Shown one piece after another: positions 47,610 through 58,190 of a DNA stretch of 64,000 nt. Positions within the stretch are counted from its first letter, which is position 1, and each line of letters starts with the position of its first letter. The position numbers were made by a program, and so were the translations under genes. Below the pieces are notes generated by a model. That model saw nothing but the letters and a program-made list of their open reading frames with translations, was not told the origin of the DNA and searched no databases. This DNA comes from an uncultured Christensenella sp. (GTDB lineage Bacteria; Bacillota; Clostridia; Christensenellales; UBA1242): assembly GCA_964564685.1 (NCBI GenBank), contig CAZMBC010000005.1, forward strand, positions 7,407-71,406, read 5' to 3'.

Positions 47610-47814
47610 ATGTAATCTCCTTAAAGTTAGTGTTTGTAATTACATTTAATTAATGATAAAATTAAACAAATAAATAGTCAAGCTTATTTACTTTTTAATG
47701 CTAATTTTTTTACTTTTAAGCATATAATTTGTTTGATTTTATGTGGTGAAAGCTTCTTAATGTATTTACAATTTATTTTAATAGTGCTAATATATAAAGC
47801 ATTAGGAGAGTTTT

Positions 47815-50229
47815 ATGGACTTTAAGAGTATTGAAAAGAAATGGCAGAATATTTGGGAAAAGGAAAAACGCTTTGCTGTTAACAACAATCAAGAGGGTAA
47901 ACAAAACGCATATATTTTAGTGGAGTTTCCTTATCCAAGTGGAAAGGGCTTACATACTGGTCATGTAAGAAGTTATTCTGCTATGGATGCAGTTGCGCGC
48001 AAAAAACGCATGCAAGGTTATAATGTGCTTTTTCCTATGGGATGTGACTCTTTTGGGTTGGAAGCTGAGCGTACCGCTATTAAGGAACACAAGTTGCCAC
48101 AAGATATTGTAAAACGCAATATTGCCACTTTTAGAGAGCAACTTTCAATGCTAGGTTTAAGTTTTGATTGGGACCGCACAATTTCAACAGCTGACCCTGA
48201 GTATTATAAATGGACGCAATGGCAGTTTTTGCAGTTTTATAAACACGGCTTGGCAGAAAAACAGGAAACCACTGTAAACTGGTGCCCTAACTGTGGTGTT
48301 TTGGCAAACGAAGAAATAGAGGGAGGATTTTGCTGTCAGTGCCATAGTGAGGTTCAGCCAAAAAGTAAAGCGCAATGGATACTAAAAATGACCAAGTATG
48401 CAGATCGCCTTGCAGAGGATTTAAAAACAACCGAATACATGGAACATATAAAAACCAGTCAAATAAACTGGATAGGCAAAAGCGAAGGCGAAAAGGTTAC
48501 TTTTAAAATTAAAGGTGGCGGAAAATTTGATATTTTTACAACTTGTATAGAAACTATTTATGGAATAACCTTTATGGTCTTAGCACCCGAGCATCCTATC
48601 GTAAACGAGCTTAAGTCTAGGATTAAAAACTGGGACAAAGTTCAAGAGTATGTGAACAAAGCAAAACGCAAAAGCGATTTTGAACGAAGCGAGTTAAATA
48701 AGGATAAATCAGGTATAAAACTAGAAGGTATTATTGCAATAAACCCTGCAAACAATCGCGAAGTTCCCGTTTATTTGGGAGATTTTGTGCTTGCAAACTA
48801 TGGTTGTGGTGGTGTTATGGCAGTGCCTTATCATGACCAACGCGATTATGAATTTGCAAATGCACACAATATTCCTTTAATAAAGGTTATAGAGGGCAAA
48901 AACGAAAAAGATGGTTGTGCTTATGAAAAGAACGACTACTTGGGCGTTAACGCACACCTAGTTAATAGCGAAGAATTTAGCGGGCTTATTGTAGAGGAAG
49001 CCAAGGTAAAGATTGCTGAAAAATTGGAAAGAATGGGCGTTGCAGAAAAAAAGGTTAACTTTAAAATGCGTGACTGGATTTTTAGCCGTCAGAGATATTG
49101 GGGAGAGCCTATTCCTATGATATACTGCGAACATTGTGGCTGGCAACCTGTGCCTGAAGAACAACTTCCGGTTACTTTGCCAATTGTAGATAGCTACGAG
49201 CCAACAGCTGATGGTGAAAGCCCTCTTTCTGTTATTGATAACTGGGTTAATGTATCATGTCCTAAATGCGGAGGTAAGGCAAAACGCGAAACCGACACTA
49301 TGCCTGGTTGGGCAGGTTCTAGTTGGTACTTTATGCGCTATTGCGACCCTAACAACAACCACGAATTTGCAAGCCAGGATGCACTTAAAAGTTGGCTTCC
49401 TGTAGACCTGTATAATGGCGGAAATGAGCACACCACAAGACATTTGCTTTATGCAAGGTTTTGGAATAAGTTCTTGTATGACATTGGTTTAAGTCCTGTT
49501 AGCGAGCCTTTTAAATCACGCATAGGGCAGGGTATGGTGCTAGGTTCTAACGGCGTTAAGATGAGCAAAAGTTTGGGTAATGTTGTTGACCCTAGAGATA
49601 TAATAAACAAATATGGTGCAGACAGTTTGCGTGTTTGGGAGGCGTTTATGGGTGATTATTTCCAAAGCGTTAACTGGAGCGATGACGGCGTTAAGGCTTG
49701 CAACAAGTTCATAACCAAAATTTACAACATGCAAAATATTTTGGTGGAAGGTAACGAGTATTCTAAAGAACTTGAAGTAGCTATGCACACCGCCATTAAA
49801 AAGGTTACAAACGATATTGATGGTATTAAGTTTAACACAGCAATTTCTGCGCTTATGATTTTGGTTAACGAAATTACAAAATTGGGAAAGGTTAACCATG
49901 CAGAATATAAAACGTTATTGCTTCTTTTAAGTCCATTTGCCCCTCACATAACCGAGGAAATTTGGACTTTACAAAACTTTGCACCTCAATTTAAAGACGC
50001 TGTTTGGCCAGTTTGGGACGAAAGTAAACTTGTTAAGAATGAAGTGGAGTTCGCCCTGCAAGTTAATAGTAAAATTGTTAACCGCGCACTTTTCCCAGCA
50101 ACTGCTTCTAACGAGGAAATTCAAAAACTAGCACTTGAAAATGATGTTGTTAAAGAAAAAATTGCCGGAAAAACACTGGTTAAGGTTATAGTTGTTAAAA
50201 ATTCACTGATAAATATTATTGTAAAATAG
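47815..50229 (+). CDS. leuS: Leucyl-tRNA synthetase
   Basis: HIGH region (GKGLHTGHVRSY), a CP1 editing insertion, KMSKS (VKMSKSLGN). 804 aa. Confidence 0.95.
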   Translation: MDFKSIEKKWQNIWEKEKRFAVNNNQEGKQNAYILVEFPYPSGKGLHTGHVRSYSAMDAVARKKRMQGYNVLFPMGCDSFGLEAERTAIKEHKLPQDIVKRNIATFREQLSMLGLSFDWDRTISTADPEYYKWTQWQFLQFYKHGLAEKQETTVNWCPNCGVLANEEIEGGFCCQCHSEVQPKSKAQWILKMTKYADRLAEDLKTTEYMEHIKTSQINWIGKSEGEKVTFKIKGGGKFDIFTTCIETIYGITFMVLAPEHPIVNELKSRIKNWDKVQEYVNKAKRKSDFERSELNKDKSGIKLEGIIAINPANNREVPVYLGDFVLANYGCGGVMAVPYHDQRDYEFANAHNIPLIKVIEGKNEKDGCAYEKNDYLGVNAHLVNSEEFSGLIVEEAKVKIAEKLERMGVAEKKVNFKMRDWIFSRQRYWGEPIPMIYCEHCGWQPVPEEQLPVTLPIVDSYEPTADGESPLSVIDNWVNVSCPKCGGKAKRETDTMPGWAGSSWYFMRYCDPNNNHEFASQDALKSWLPVDLYNGGNEHTTRHLLYARFWNKFLYDIGLSPVSEPFKSRIGQGMVLGSNGVKMSKSLGNVVDPRDIINKYGADSLRVWEAFMGDYFQSVNWSDDGVKACNKFITKIYNMQNILVEGNEYSKELEVAMHTAIKKVTNDIDGIKFNTAISALMILVNEITKLGKVNHAEYKTLLLLLSPFAPHITEEIWTLQNFAPQFKDAVWPVWDESKLVKNEVEFALQVNSKIVNRALFPATASNEEIQKLALENDVVKEKIAGKTLVKVIVVKNSLINIIVK

Positions 50230-50256
50230 AAAGATGCTTTAAAGCATCTTTTTTTA
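50230..50256 (+). terminator. leuS terminator
   Basis: aaagatgcttt / aaagcatcttt palindrome followed by T7. Confidence 0.7.
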
Positions 50257-50361
50257 ATGCAAATAAAATAAAAAATTAGTGTTACACATTGTTTTTTTTA
50301 TTTTGATGTGTTATACTACATTGGTTTTTATAATAATATTAAATGCTTTAAGGAAAAATTT

Positions 50362-52206
50362 ATGGAAAAAAGTAAGATAAGAAACATTGCAATAATCGCC
50401 CATGTAGATCATGGTAAAACAAGTTTGGTTAACGAAATGCTTAAACAGGGCGGTGTGTTTAGAGATAATCAAGAAGTTCAGGATAGGATTATGGATAGTA
50501 ACGCCCTTGAACGAGAAAGAGGAATAACAATTTTAAGCAAAAATACTTCAGTTAACTTTGAAGGTTATAAAATTAATGTTATAGACACCCCAGGCCACGC
50601 CGATTTTGGTGGCGAGGTAGAGCGTATTCTAAAGATGGTAGACGGAGTATTGTTGGTAGTTGATTCCTTTGAGGGTCCAATGCCACAAACACGTTTTGTG
50701 CTTCAAAAAGCTTTGGAACTTAACCATAAGGTTATTGTTGTTATAAACAAAATAGACCGCAAAGACGCTCGTGTTAATGAGGTTATTGATGAGGTATTGG
50801 AGTTGTTTATGGAGCTTGACGCTACTGATGAACAATTAAATTCGCCTTTTGTTTTTGCATCTAGTCGTTTTGGTTACTCTTCGCTGGATAAAAACCAAAC
50901 CGGCACCGATTTTAAGCCTTTGTTCAAAACGGTTATTGATTATATTGACGAGCCTAAAGGAGATGAAAACTCGCCTTTTGCAATGCTAGTTAGCTCTGCA
51001 GAGCAAAACGATTACTTGGGTAAGCTGGCAGTAGGTAAAATAGAAAGCGGATGCGTAACTGTTGGTCAAAATTTAAACATTACAAACTATCATAAAGCGG
51101 ATGTAAAAAGTTCGTTTAAGGTTACAAATTTATTCTTGTTTGAGGGATTAAAGCGTGTGCCTGTGGAAAGTGCTAGTTGCGGAGATATTGTGTGCGTTTC
51201 CGGTAGTGATATCGTTACTATTGGTGATACATTAAGTGATATAGATAATCCTACAACTATTCCATTTGTTCAAATAAGCGAACCTAGCGTTGAGATGACG
51301 TTTATGGTTAACAACTCGCCATTTGCTGGCAAAGAGGGCAAATATCACACCTCAAGACATTTGCGTGAACGTCTATTAAAAGAAGCAACAAAAGACCTTT
51401 CGCTTAAAGTTTTGGAAACTGATAGCCCGGATATATTTAAAGTTTTGGGCAGGGGCGAAATGCATATTTCTATATTAATAGAAAATATGCGTCGTGATGG
51501 CTACGAATTTGCAGTTAGTATGCCAAAAGTGCTTATTAAGGAAATAGATGGCGTTAAACATGAGCCTTTTGAACGCGTATATATTGATGTTCCAGAAGAT
51601 TGTTCAGGCAGTGTTATGAATGCAATGGGTATAAGAAAAGGCGAGCTGGTTAACATGAGCTCAAATAAAAACCGCATTAAAATGGAGTTTATTATTCCAA
51701 GCAGAGGTTTATTTGGATACAAAAGCAATTTCTTAACTGATACCCGTGGTGAGGGTATTATGAACTCGATTTTTGAAAAATATGCACCATTTAAGGGCAA
51801 CATAGAGCGTAGAAACGTGGGCACATTAATTGCTTATGAAAATGGCGAGGCTGTTCAGTATGGTTTATTTAATAGTCAAGAGCGCGGTCGTTTGCTAATA
51901 ACTCCTGGCGAAAAAGTGTATGCGGGAATGATTGTTGGAATAAACCCTAAAGGCAACGATATTGTTGTTAATGTCTGCAAGCGTAAACAGCTAACAAACA
52001 TGCGTTCTTCCGCTAGTGATGATGCTTTAAGGCTAGAACCTGTAAGAGCCTTAACCCTAGAAGAATGTTTGGAATTTTTAAACGACGACGAACTTTTAGA
52101 AGTAACTCCAAAAAGTTTACGTTTAAGAAAAATTATATTAGACCATGTTCAGCGTGGTCGTGCCGACTTTAGAAAAAAACATGAGGGCGAAGAAGAACAG
52201 ATTTAA
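50362..52206 (+). CDS. typA: Translational GTPase TypA/BipA
   Basis: AAGGAAA SD before [21 protein letters not shown]; the listed start is 18 codons upstream. G3 DTPGHADF and G4 NKIDR, plus a BipA-specific C-terminal domain. Confidence 0.95.
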   Translation: MEKSKIRNIAIIAHVDHGKTSLVNEMLKQGGVFRDNQEVQDRIMDSNALERERGITILSKNTSVNFEGYKINVIDTPGHADFGGEVERILKMVDGVLLVVDSFEGPMPQTRFVLQKALELNHKVIVVINKIDRKDARVNEVIDEVLELFMELDATDEQLNSPFVFASSRFGYSSLDKNQTGTDFKPLFKTVIDYIDEPKGDENSPFAMLVSSAEQNDYLGKLAVGKIESGCVTVGQNLNITNYHKADVKSSFKVTNLFLFEGLKRVPVESASCGDIVCVSGSDIVTIGDTLSDIDNPTTIPFVQISEPSVEMTFMVNNSPFAGKEGKYHTSRHLRERLLKEATKDLSLKVLETDSPDIFKVLGRGEMHISILIENMRRDGYEFAVSMPKVLIKEIDGVKHEPFERVYIDVPEDCSGSVMNAMGIRKGELVNMSSNKNRIKMEFIIPSRGLFGYKSNFLTDTRGEGIMNSIFEKYAPFKGNIERRNVGTLIAYENGEAVQYGLFNSQERGRLLITPGEKVYAGMIVGINPKGNDIVVNVCKRKQLTNMRSSASDDALRLEPVRALTLEECLEFLNDDELLEVTPKSLRLRKIILDHVQRGRADFRKKHEGEEEQI

Positions 52207-52219
52207 ATTTGTTTACAAT

Positions 52220-52251
52220 AAAAAAACACTTGATATTTCAAGTGTTTTTTT
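52220..52251. terminator. Bidirectional terminator
   Basis: cacttga-tatt-tcaagtg hairpin flanked by A6 and T7. Confidence 0.7.
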
Positions 52252-52254
52252 CTT

Positions 52255-52539
52255 CTAAAATAGCGCAGGGAACGAAAATGCAACTGCTAAAACCGAAAAT
52301 ATTACAAAAGGCACAAACAAAATAATTGAGCGTTTACATGCAAAACCCATACCTACTACAATTAATGTAAACAAAACCATATACTCTTTAATTGTTTTTA
52401 GTGTGGTTAATATATCTGCAGGTAAAAATGAAACTACGCCATCGTTTAAAAATATAAGACCTATTATTCCCACAGTTACAAAGGCCATTATGGAACCTAA
52501 TATAGAAAATAATTTACTAAAATTTCTTAATATTATCAT
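52255..52539 (-). CDS. Small membrane protein (94 aa, 3 TM)
   Basis: GGAGAG SD before the ATG at 52539. Hydrophobic throughout. Confidence 0.5.
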   Translation of the reverse strand: MIILRNFSKLFSILGSIMAFVTVGIIGLIFLNDGVVSFLPADILTTLKTIKEYMVLFTLIVVGMGFACKRSIILFVPFVIFSVLAVAFSFPALF

Positions 52540-52690
52540 GTTTTTGCTCTCCAAAATTTTTTTAATTATACATTTTTTCTACTTATTACACAATTTTTTA
52601 ACTAAATTTTATCAAATTTTTTATAAAATGCAATTTACAATCTTGCCTTTCTAAAAAAAATGTGTTATATTACTATTGCAATTTTAATAT

Positions 52691-52765
52691 GCTCCCATAG
52701 TCAAGCGGTTAAGACGTTGCCCTCTCACGGCAAAGTCAGGGGTTCGATTCCCCTTGGGAGTACCA
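52691..52765 (+). tRNA. tRNA-Glu (anticodon CUC), CCA encoded
   Basis: GCTCCCATAGTCAAGCGGTTAAGACGTTGCCCTCTCACGGCAAAGTCAGGGGTTCGATTCCCCTTGGGAGTACCA. Anticodon stem TTGCC/GGCAA with loop CTCTCAC; T-arm AGGGG-TTCGATT-CCCCT. Confidence 0.9.
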
Positions 52766-52777
52766 ATTACGTTGTAC

Positions 52778-52810
52778 AACCACCTTGATAAAGGTGGTTT
52801 TTATATTTTA
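52778..52810 (+). terminator. tRNA-Glu terminator
   Basis: aaccacctt-gata-aaggtggtt hairpin followed by a T-rich tract. Confidence 0.7.
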
Positions 52811-53014
52811 TAATAAAAATTTGCACCTTTACGATATAAAAATTTGTTTTAAAGTTAATATATTAGCAAATAAATGGGTATTTGGAATATAAAAAAAATT
52901 AAAAATCATGCAATTTAGCTTTATATCAAATAAATTTATATGTTATAATGAATTATGATATAATCATAAAATTGTGTGTAAAAACAAAATTTACAAGTGA
53001 TTAAAGGAAAAATT

Positions 53015-55765
53015 ATGAGTGAAATAGTTGAAAAAGAAAAGCAGACAACAGTAAAATCCACAACAATCAGGAAAAATAGTAGTTCAAGTTCTAAAACTAA
53101 TAATGCTAGACCTAAAAAGCGTGTTGTAAGGCGTAATATAGATGATGTTATAAATGAAATAGAGGGCATTACTGAAAGTGCGGATGTTAAAGATACTAAA
53201 GACGCGAAAGTTCAAGTTCCACCAACTGATGAACTTAAAAGCGTTGTAACAGAAATGCAAAATGACCCAAACGTTATTGTTCAGGATGGTGTTACATACA
53301 AAGCTCCAAGGATAATAGAAAAAAAGGCTAAGCCAGAAAAGGTTAAAACACAAGCTGAAAAAAGGAAAGAGAAGAAAAACAAAAAACGCGTGGATATCTC
53401 TAAAATAACGCGCTTTAATCCCTCTACAAAAACCGGCTTATCACAAGGACAAGTTGAACAACGTATGGCCGAAAATTATGTGAATGTGATTGAAAATAAA
53501 AATGTTAAAACCTATGCTCAAATATTTTTAAGCAATATTTTCACATTTTTTAACATGCTTTGTTTTGGTATCGCAATTGCGCTAATTTGTGTGGGTGCAC
53601 CAATTTCAAATATTTTCTTTATGTTAACTTTTTTGGCCAACTTAGCAATAGGAATTATACAAGAAATTAAGGCAAAGAAAACAATTGAAAAAATAAGCCT
53701 TGTTGTTAGCCCAACAGCAACCATTGTTAGGGATAAGATTGAAAAGGAAATCCCTGTTACAGAACTTGTTTTGGATGATATTATGATGCTTACAAGCGGA
53801 AAACAAATATGTGCAGATGCAATTGTTGTAGAGGGCGAAGTTGAGGTTAACGAGGGGTTGCTAACTGGTGAAAGCGTTGCCGTTAAAAAGAAAAAGGGTG
53901 ACCAACTATTTAGTGGCAGTTATGTTGTTGGCGGAAAATGCTATTGTAAAGTAGATAAGGTGGGCGAGGATAGTTATAGCTCACAACTTACTGCAAAAGC
54001 AAAGAAATATCAAAAACCAAAAAGCGAACTTTTAAATTCGTTAAACCTTATCATAAAGTGTATCGGTATAATTATTATTCCGCTTGCAGTACTTACATTC
54101 AAAAGCGTTTATAAAGACCTTGGGTTAAGAGAAGCAATTTTAAACACCGCAGGCTCTGCAATTGGCATGATTCCTGCAGGAATGTTCTTGCTAACGAGTG
54201 TGGCATTAGCGGTAGGTGTTATAAAGTTAGCCCACAAAAGAACGCTAGTACAGGACCTGTATTCAATAGAAATGCTTGCGCGTGCGGATGTTTTGTGTTT
54301 AGACAAAACAGGAACAATAACCGATGGCACTATGAAAGTGTTTAGTGTTATCCAACTAGAAGCTGGAGTGAATAGTGATGTTAGAGAGATTATGGGCTCG
54401 ATGCTAACTGCCTTGGACGATAACAATCAAACCAGCCGTGCATTAGCCACGCATTTTGGATATAGTAAGGAATTAACCCCCAAAACCATTTTGCCGTTTA
54501 ACAGCACGCGTAAATTAAGTGCGGTTACATTTAAAAATGGTGAAACTTATTGTTATGGTGCGCCAGAATATGTTATAAAAGGCAAAAATCATGAAATTGA
54601 CACTATTGTTAAACAAAACGCTAAAAAAGGATTAAGGGTTTTGCTTCTTGCAAAATGCAATGGTGAGATTGTTAATGATAAACTGCCTGAAAAGCGTGAG
54701 GGCATTTGTATAATTGTTATTGAAGACCATATAAGAGAAGACGCTTCTGCAACCATTAAGTGGTTTAAGGAAAACGGCGTTAACATAAAAATTATTTCGG
54801 GCGATAACCCAATCACCGTTAGCGAGGTTAGCCGTAGAGTGGGTGTGGATAAAGCCGAATTGTACATTAGTTTGGAGGGGTTAAGCGAACAGCAAGTTAT
54901 TGATGCGGCAGAAAAATACACTGTTTTTGGCCGAGTAAGTCCCGAGCAAAAAAGTATATTAGTAAAAGCGTTAAAAAGCAAAGGCCATAAAGTTGCTATG
55001 ACAGGTGACGGCGTAAACGACATTTTGGCACTTAAAGAGGCCGACTGTTCAATTGCTATGGCAAGTGGAAGCGAAGCAACCCGTAATGTTAGTCACTTGG
55101 TGTTACTAGATAGCAACTTTAGCAGTATGCCAGATGTTGTTGCCGAGGGTAGAAGAGTTGTTAACAACATTCAAAACACATCCTCGCTGTTCTTAATGAA
55201 AACTATTTATACAATTTTAATTACAATTTTCTATTTATGCTTACCAAACACCAGTTGGCCATTTAAAACTTCTCACTTAATGTTGTTAGAATTATTTGTA
55301 ATAGGAATAGCCACATTCTTCTTGGCAATTCAGCCTAATAAGGATGTTATTAAAGGACATTTTCTTTCAAACTTGCTTTCAATGGCTCTTCCGGGTGCAC
55401 TAATATTTACAATAAACGCCATTGCATGTTATTTATTTGATTACATTGTTGGAACAGGTGGTCAATATGTAACAATGACATCACTTGCCATAACCTTTGT
55501 GGGTGTGATGGTATTATATAGGTTATGTAAGCCATTTAATGTTTATAGGGGAATATTGTTTTCTGCAGTATTACTTGGTTTGGGCACAACGCTTGCGCTT
55601 GTTCCATTCTCATTCTTCCTATATACTCCGCTTACATTACAAAACACTTTGTTTGTTATAGTGTTAGTTCTTGTTTCTTATCCTGTTTACAACACATTTG
55701 TTTCGTGGTTTGCCACTATGAGAAACAATGCCTATATTAAAAAGAAAGAGGAACGTAATTTATAA
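53015..55765 (+). CDS. P-type (E1-E2, HAD-IC) cation-transporting ATPase with Lys-rich N-terminal extension
   Basis: AAAGGAAA SD before MSEIVEKEK. LTGESV, phosphorylation site CLDKTGTITDG, hinge MTGDGVNDILALKEADCSIAM. About 10 TM helices. The first ~125 aa are K/S/T-rich low complexity. Confidence 0.9.
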   Translation: MSEIVEKEKQTTVKSTTIRKNSSSSSKTNNARPKKRVVRRNIDDVINEIEGITESADVKDTKDAKVQVPPTDELKSVVTEMQNDPNVIVQDGVTYKAPRIIEKKAKPEKVKTQAEKRKEKKNKKRVDISKITRFNPSTKTGLSQGQVEQRMAENYVNVIENKNVKTYAQIFLSNIFTFFNMLCFGIAIALICVGAPISNIFFMLTFLANLAIGIIQEIKAKKTIEKISLVVSPTATIVRDKIEKEIPVTELVLDDIMMLTSGKQICADAIVVEGEVEVNEGLLTGESVAVKKKKGDQLFSGSYVVGGKCYCKVDKVGEDSYSSQLTAKAKKYQKPKSELLNSLNLIIKCIGIIIIPLAVLTFKSVYKDLGLREAILNTAGSAIGMIPAGMFLLTSVALAVGVIKLAHKRTLVQDLYSIEMLARADVLCLDKTGTITDGTMKVFSVIQLEAGVNSDVREIMGSMLTALDDNNQTSRALATHFGYSKELTPKTILPFNSTRKLSAVTFKNGETYCYGAPEYVIKGKNHEIDTIVKQNAKKGLRVLLLAKCNGEIVNDKLPEKREGICIIVIEDHIREDASATIKWFKENGVNIKIISGDNPITVSEVSRRVGVDKAELYISLEGLSEQQVIDAAEKYTVFGRVSPEQKSILVKALKSKGHKVAMTGDGVNDILALKEADCSIAMASGSEATRNVSHLVLLDSNFSSMPDVVAEGRRVVNNIQNTSSLFLMKTIYTILITIFYLCLPNTSWPFKTSHLMLLELFVIGIATFFLAIQPNKDVIKGHFLSNLLSMALPGALIFTINAIACYLFDYIVGTGGQYVTMTSLAITFVGVMVLYRLCKPFNVYRGILFSAVLLGLGTTLALVPFSFFLYTPLTLQNTLFVIVLVLVSYPVYNTFVSWFATMRNNAYIKKKEERNL

Positions 55766-55780
55766 ATAAACAAAAAAATA

Positions 55781-55815
55781 AACAGCCACATATAATAAGT
55801 GTGGTTGTTTTTTTA
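55781..55815 (+). terminator. ATPase terminator
   Basis: aacagccaca / tgtggttgtt stem followed by T5. Confidence 0.7.
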
Positions 55816-55887
55816 TAAAATTGCAATAATAATTTGGAAGCTAAATAGCTTGTGTGTTAAAATATACATGCAAAAATAGGAGTAAAT

Positions 55888-56814
55888 ATGGCTGAATATT
55901 TAAATACTGAGATTATTAATCAAAAAATTCAAACAAATGCAAAAAAACTACTTTTAGATGTAGAAAGTCGTTTTAGAGGGCAGTTGTTTACGGTTGCGGG
56001 CAAAATTTTGGATAGAAAGGATATTAAAGTAGTTCTTCTTGCTGGTCCATCTTGCGCGGGAAAAACTACTTCTGCAAAACTTTTAAAGGAAGTTCTTGAA
56101 AAACAGGGAAAACATGTTGTTACAATTAGTATGGACGACTTTTTTATAGATAGAGACAAAACACCTTATTTAAGTGACGGAACAAGGGATTTGGATAGCC
56201 CTAACTGTGTTAACACAACTCAGTTAGAAGAGTGCTTTTCGCGCTTTTTTAGTGGCAAAAAAACTAAATTCCCCGTTTATGACTTTATAACAGGAAAGAA
56301 CATCCCTGACAGTTTTGAGTTAAAAATGAAATATAACACGATTATTATTTTTGAGGGATTGCATGTTTTAAACCCTGAAATTACTGCACATTTGGGTACT
56401 GATAAATACTACAAGATTTATGTTAGCGCTTTAAGTGGATTTGAGCATGAAAACGAAAAAATGTCACCTACAAATTTGCGTTTATTAAGGCGTATGATAA
56501 GGGATGTTGACCGCAGAAATTTAACCCCTGAAACCACCTTGAAAACCTGGGATAATGTGTGCGAGGCAGAAACTAAATATATTACTCCTTATATGGATGG
56601 CGCTGATTATTTAATAAACACCACACACGAGTATGAGTTGGGTGTGTTTAAAAGTGCGTTTCACAAACTTATGAAACGCAAAAAAATTACCGCAAACAAA
56701 TACCCATGTTACAATGTTCTAAACGCTAGCGAGGATATAAATCGTGAGGATTTACCAGACACTAGCCTTATGTGGGAATTTGTGGATAAACCTGAGGTAA
56801 AAAACGAAGAGTAA
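55888..56814 (+). CDS. Uridine kinase/PRK-family nucleoside kinase-like P-loop protein
   Basis: P-loop LAGPSCAGKTTSAKLL, DDFFIDR, and later LLRRMIRDVDRR. 308 aa. Confidence 0.7.
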   Translation: MAEYLNTEIINQKIQTNAKKLLLDVESRFRGQLFTVAGKILDRKDIKVVLLAGPSCAGKTTSAKLLKEVLEKQGKHVVTISMDDFFIDRDKTPYLSDGTRDLDSPNCVNTTQLEECFSRFFSGKKTKFPVYDFITGKNIPDSFELKMKYNTIIIFEGLHVLNPEITAHLGTDKYYKIYVSALSGFEHENEKMSPTNLRLLRRMIRDVDRRNLTPETTLKTWDNVCEAETKYITPYMDGADYLINTTHEYELGVFKSAFHKLMKRKKITANKYPCYNVLNASEDINREDLPDTSLMWEFVDKPEVKNEE

Positions 56815-56838
56815 AAAAAAGGCTATATGCCTTTTTTT
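56813..56838. terminator. Bidirectional terminator
   Basis: A8-ggc-tatat-gcc-T7. Confidence 0.55.
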
Positions 56839-56862
56839 GTTATAATTAATTAAGTTTTTTAG

Positions 56863-58098
56863 CTATTTAGTACCCGCCGTAACATTATCCTTTTTTCGGT
56901 TTTGTAAATCCTTAATTGGGTGTATTTTGTCCTCATAACGATAATCTTTCCCGAACTTTTTAATATGATTTTCCACAACAATATGGCTTGCAACTTCTTC
57001 GGGATTGCGATTTATTGTGTGTAGATGTGTAAAAAAGCGCGAGTTTGGTGGCAAATTGCTTGCCTCTACATATTCTTCCTTAACCGATGTAATGTTCACG
57101 GTTTTCAAAACCTTTCTTATATAATCCTTGTTTTCGCCAAACTTTAAAAGTTTAGGAAATTCGCCATCTGGAATAACTGATTTTACCGCTTTCTTCTCAT
57201 ATTTTTTTAATAGCTCAGCCACGCGCTTTAAATGTGAAACTTCCATGTAAAAATGGTCTTCCCAAATAGAGCGAATATACTCGTCGGTTTCGTCCTGCAT
57301 AACCGAATAATACAAATAACACTCGGTATATTCGTGCATTAACCATTGCTCTAGCCAAGTGCAATTAGGATCTTTTAAACTTTCGTATTGGCTAACATGT
57401 TCTTCTTCCACCATGCCAATTTCTGCAAACAACTTTCTACCCGTATGATTTTTATACATTTGCGCCATGTTCATATAAAAGTTCATGGTTTGCTGTTCTG
57501 CGGCAGTAATAATGTTGCCAACAAGTTTGGTGTAAGGGTCGGCCTTTTTGCTATCCATGTGCATTCGGATGTTGTCTATTGGGTGGCGATGCTCGTTAAT
57601 GGTTGGTCTGCCCGGCATAATTTCAGTAAACTTTCCCACCATCATGTCCGCATCAATGTTAAAGTCGGTTTTTAGCAAATTAGCAAATCTGTAAAGGTGG
57701 TCAAAATCCTCTAAAAGTGCAAAGTCCAACGCAGCCTTTGTGTTTGGGCATTTTTCGTTTTGTGCTAAAATTGCAGTTAATTCAATTGCCAGTTGTTCAT
57801 AAGATATTGTAGATTCTAGCATGTTTTCGTTTAGTGGTTTTAAACAACTTATTCGTTTTTGCTGTTGTTGTTCTTGGTTGCGGATTAATGCTATTTCTCG
57901 CTTTAGGTCGTTGTCGTTGCAGTTGCGCGCAAACTGATGCAAAAACCAGTTGCTTTCAAACTCTGTGCCATTCATTAGTATAACTCTTACCTTTGTAAAA
58001 GGTGATGTGGTCTTTTTGTTGTACGGTTTTGGATACATTTTTTTCCAATCCATAAAATATTCTTCCACATTTTTTACTGTTAGTTCAAAAGGGTTCAT
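56863..58098 (-). CDS. Ferritin-like di-iron carboxylate superfamily protein, function unknown (411 aa)
   Basis: GGAGGAAAAC SD before MNPFELTV; the listed start is 24 codons upstream. Four-helix pattern of E (YEQLAIE), D/ExxH (EDFDH), E (AAEQQTMNFY) and ExxH (EEEH). Confidence 0.55.
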   Translation of the reverse strand: MNPFELTVKNVEEYFMDWKKMYPKPYNKKTTSPFTKVRVILMNGTEFESNWFLHQFARNCNDNDLKREIALIRNQEQQQQKRISCLKPLNENMLESTISYEQLAIELTAILAQNEKCPNTKAALDFALLEDFDHLYRFANLLKTDFNIDADMMVGKFTEIMPGRPTINEHRHPIDNIRMHMDSKKADPYTKLVGNIITAAEQQTMNFYMNMAQMYKNHTGRKLFAEIGMVEEEHVSQYESLKDPNCTWLEQWLMHEYTECYLYYSVMQDETDEYIRSIWEDHFYMEVSHLKRVAELLKKYEKKAVKSVIPDGEFPKLLKFGENKDYIRKVLKTVNITSVKEEYVEASNLPPNSRFFTHLHTINRNPEEVASHIVVENHIKKFGKDYRYEDKIHPIKDLQNRKKDNVTAGTK

Positions 58099-58154
58099 AA
58101 GTTTTCCTCCAAAAAATTCAATACTTAAGTTTGTCCCTTTTATAACCTTTAATA

Positions 58155-58189
58155 CAAAAAAGTTCACCATTTAGGTGAACAATTTTTTT
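58155..58189. terminator. Terminator of the ppa operon
   Basis: gttcacc-attta-ggtgaac perfect hairpin flanked by an A-run and a T-run. It separates the ppa operon from the ferritin-like gene. Confidence 0.7.
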
Positions 58190-58190
58190 A

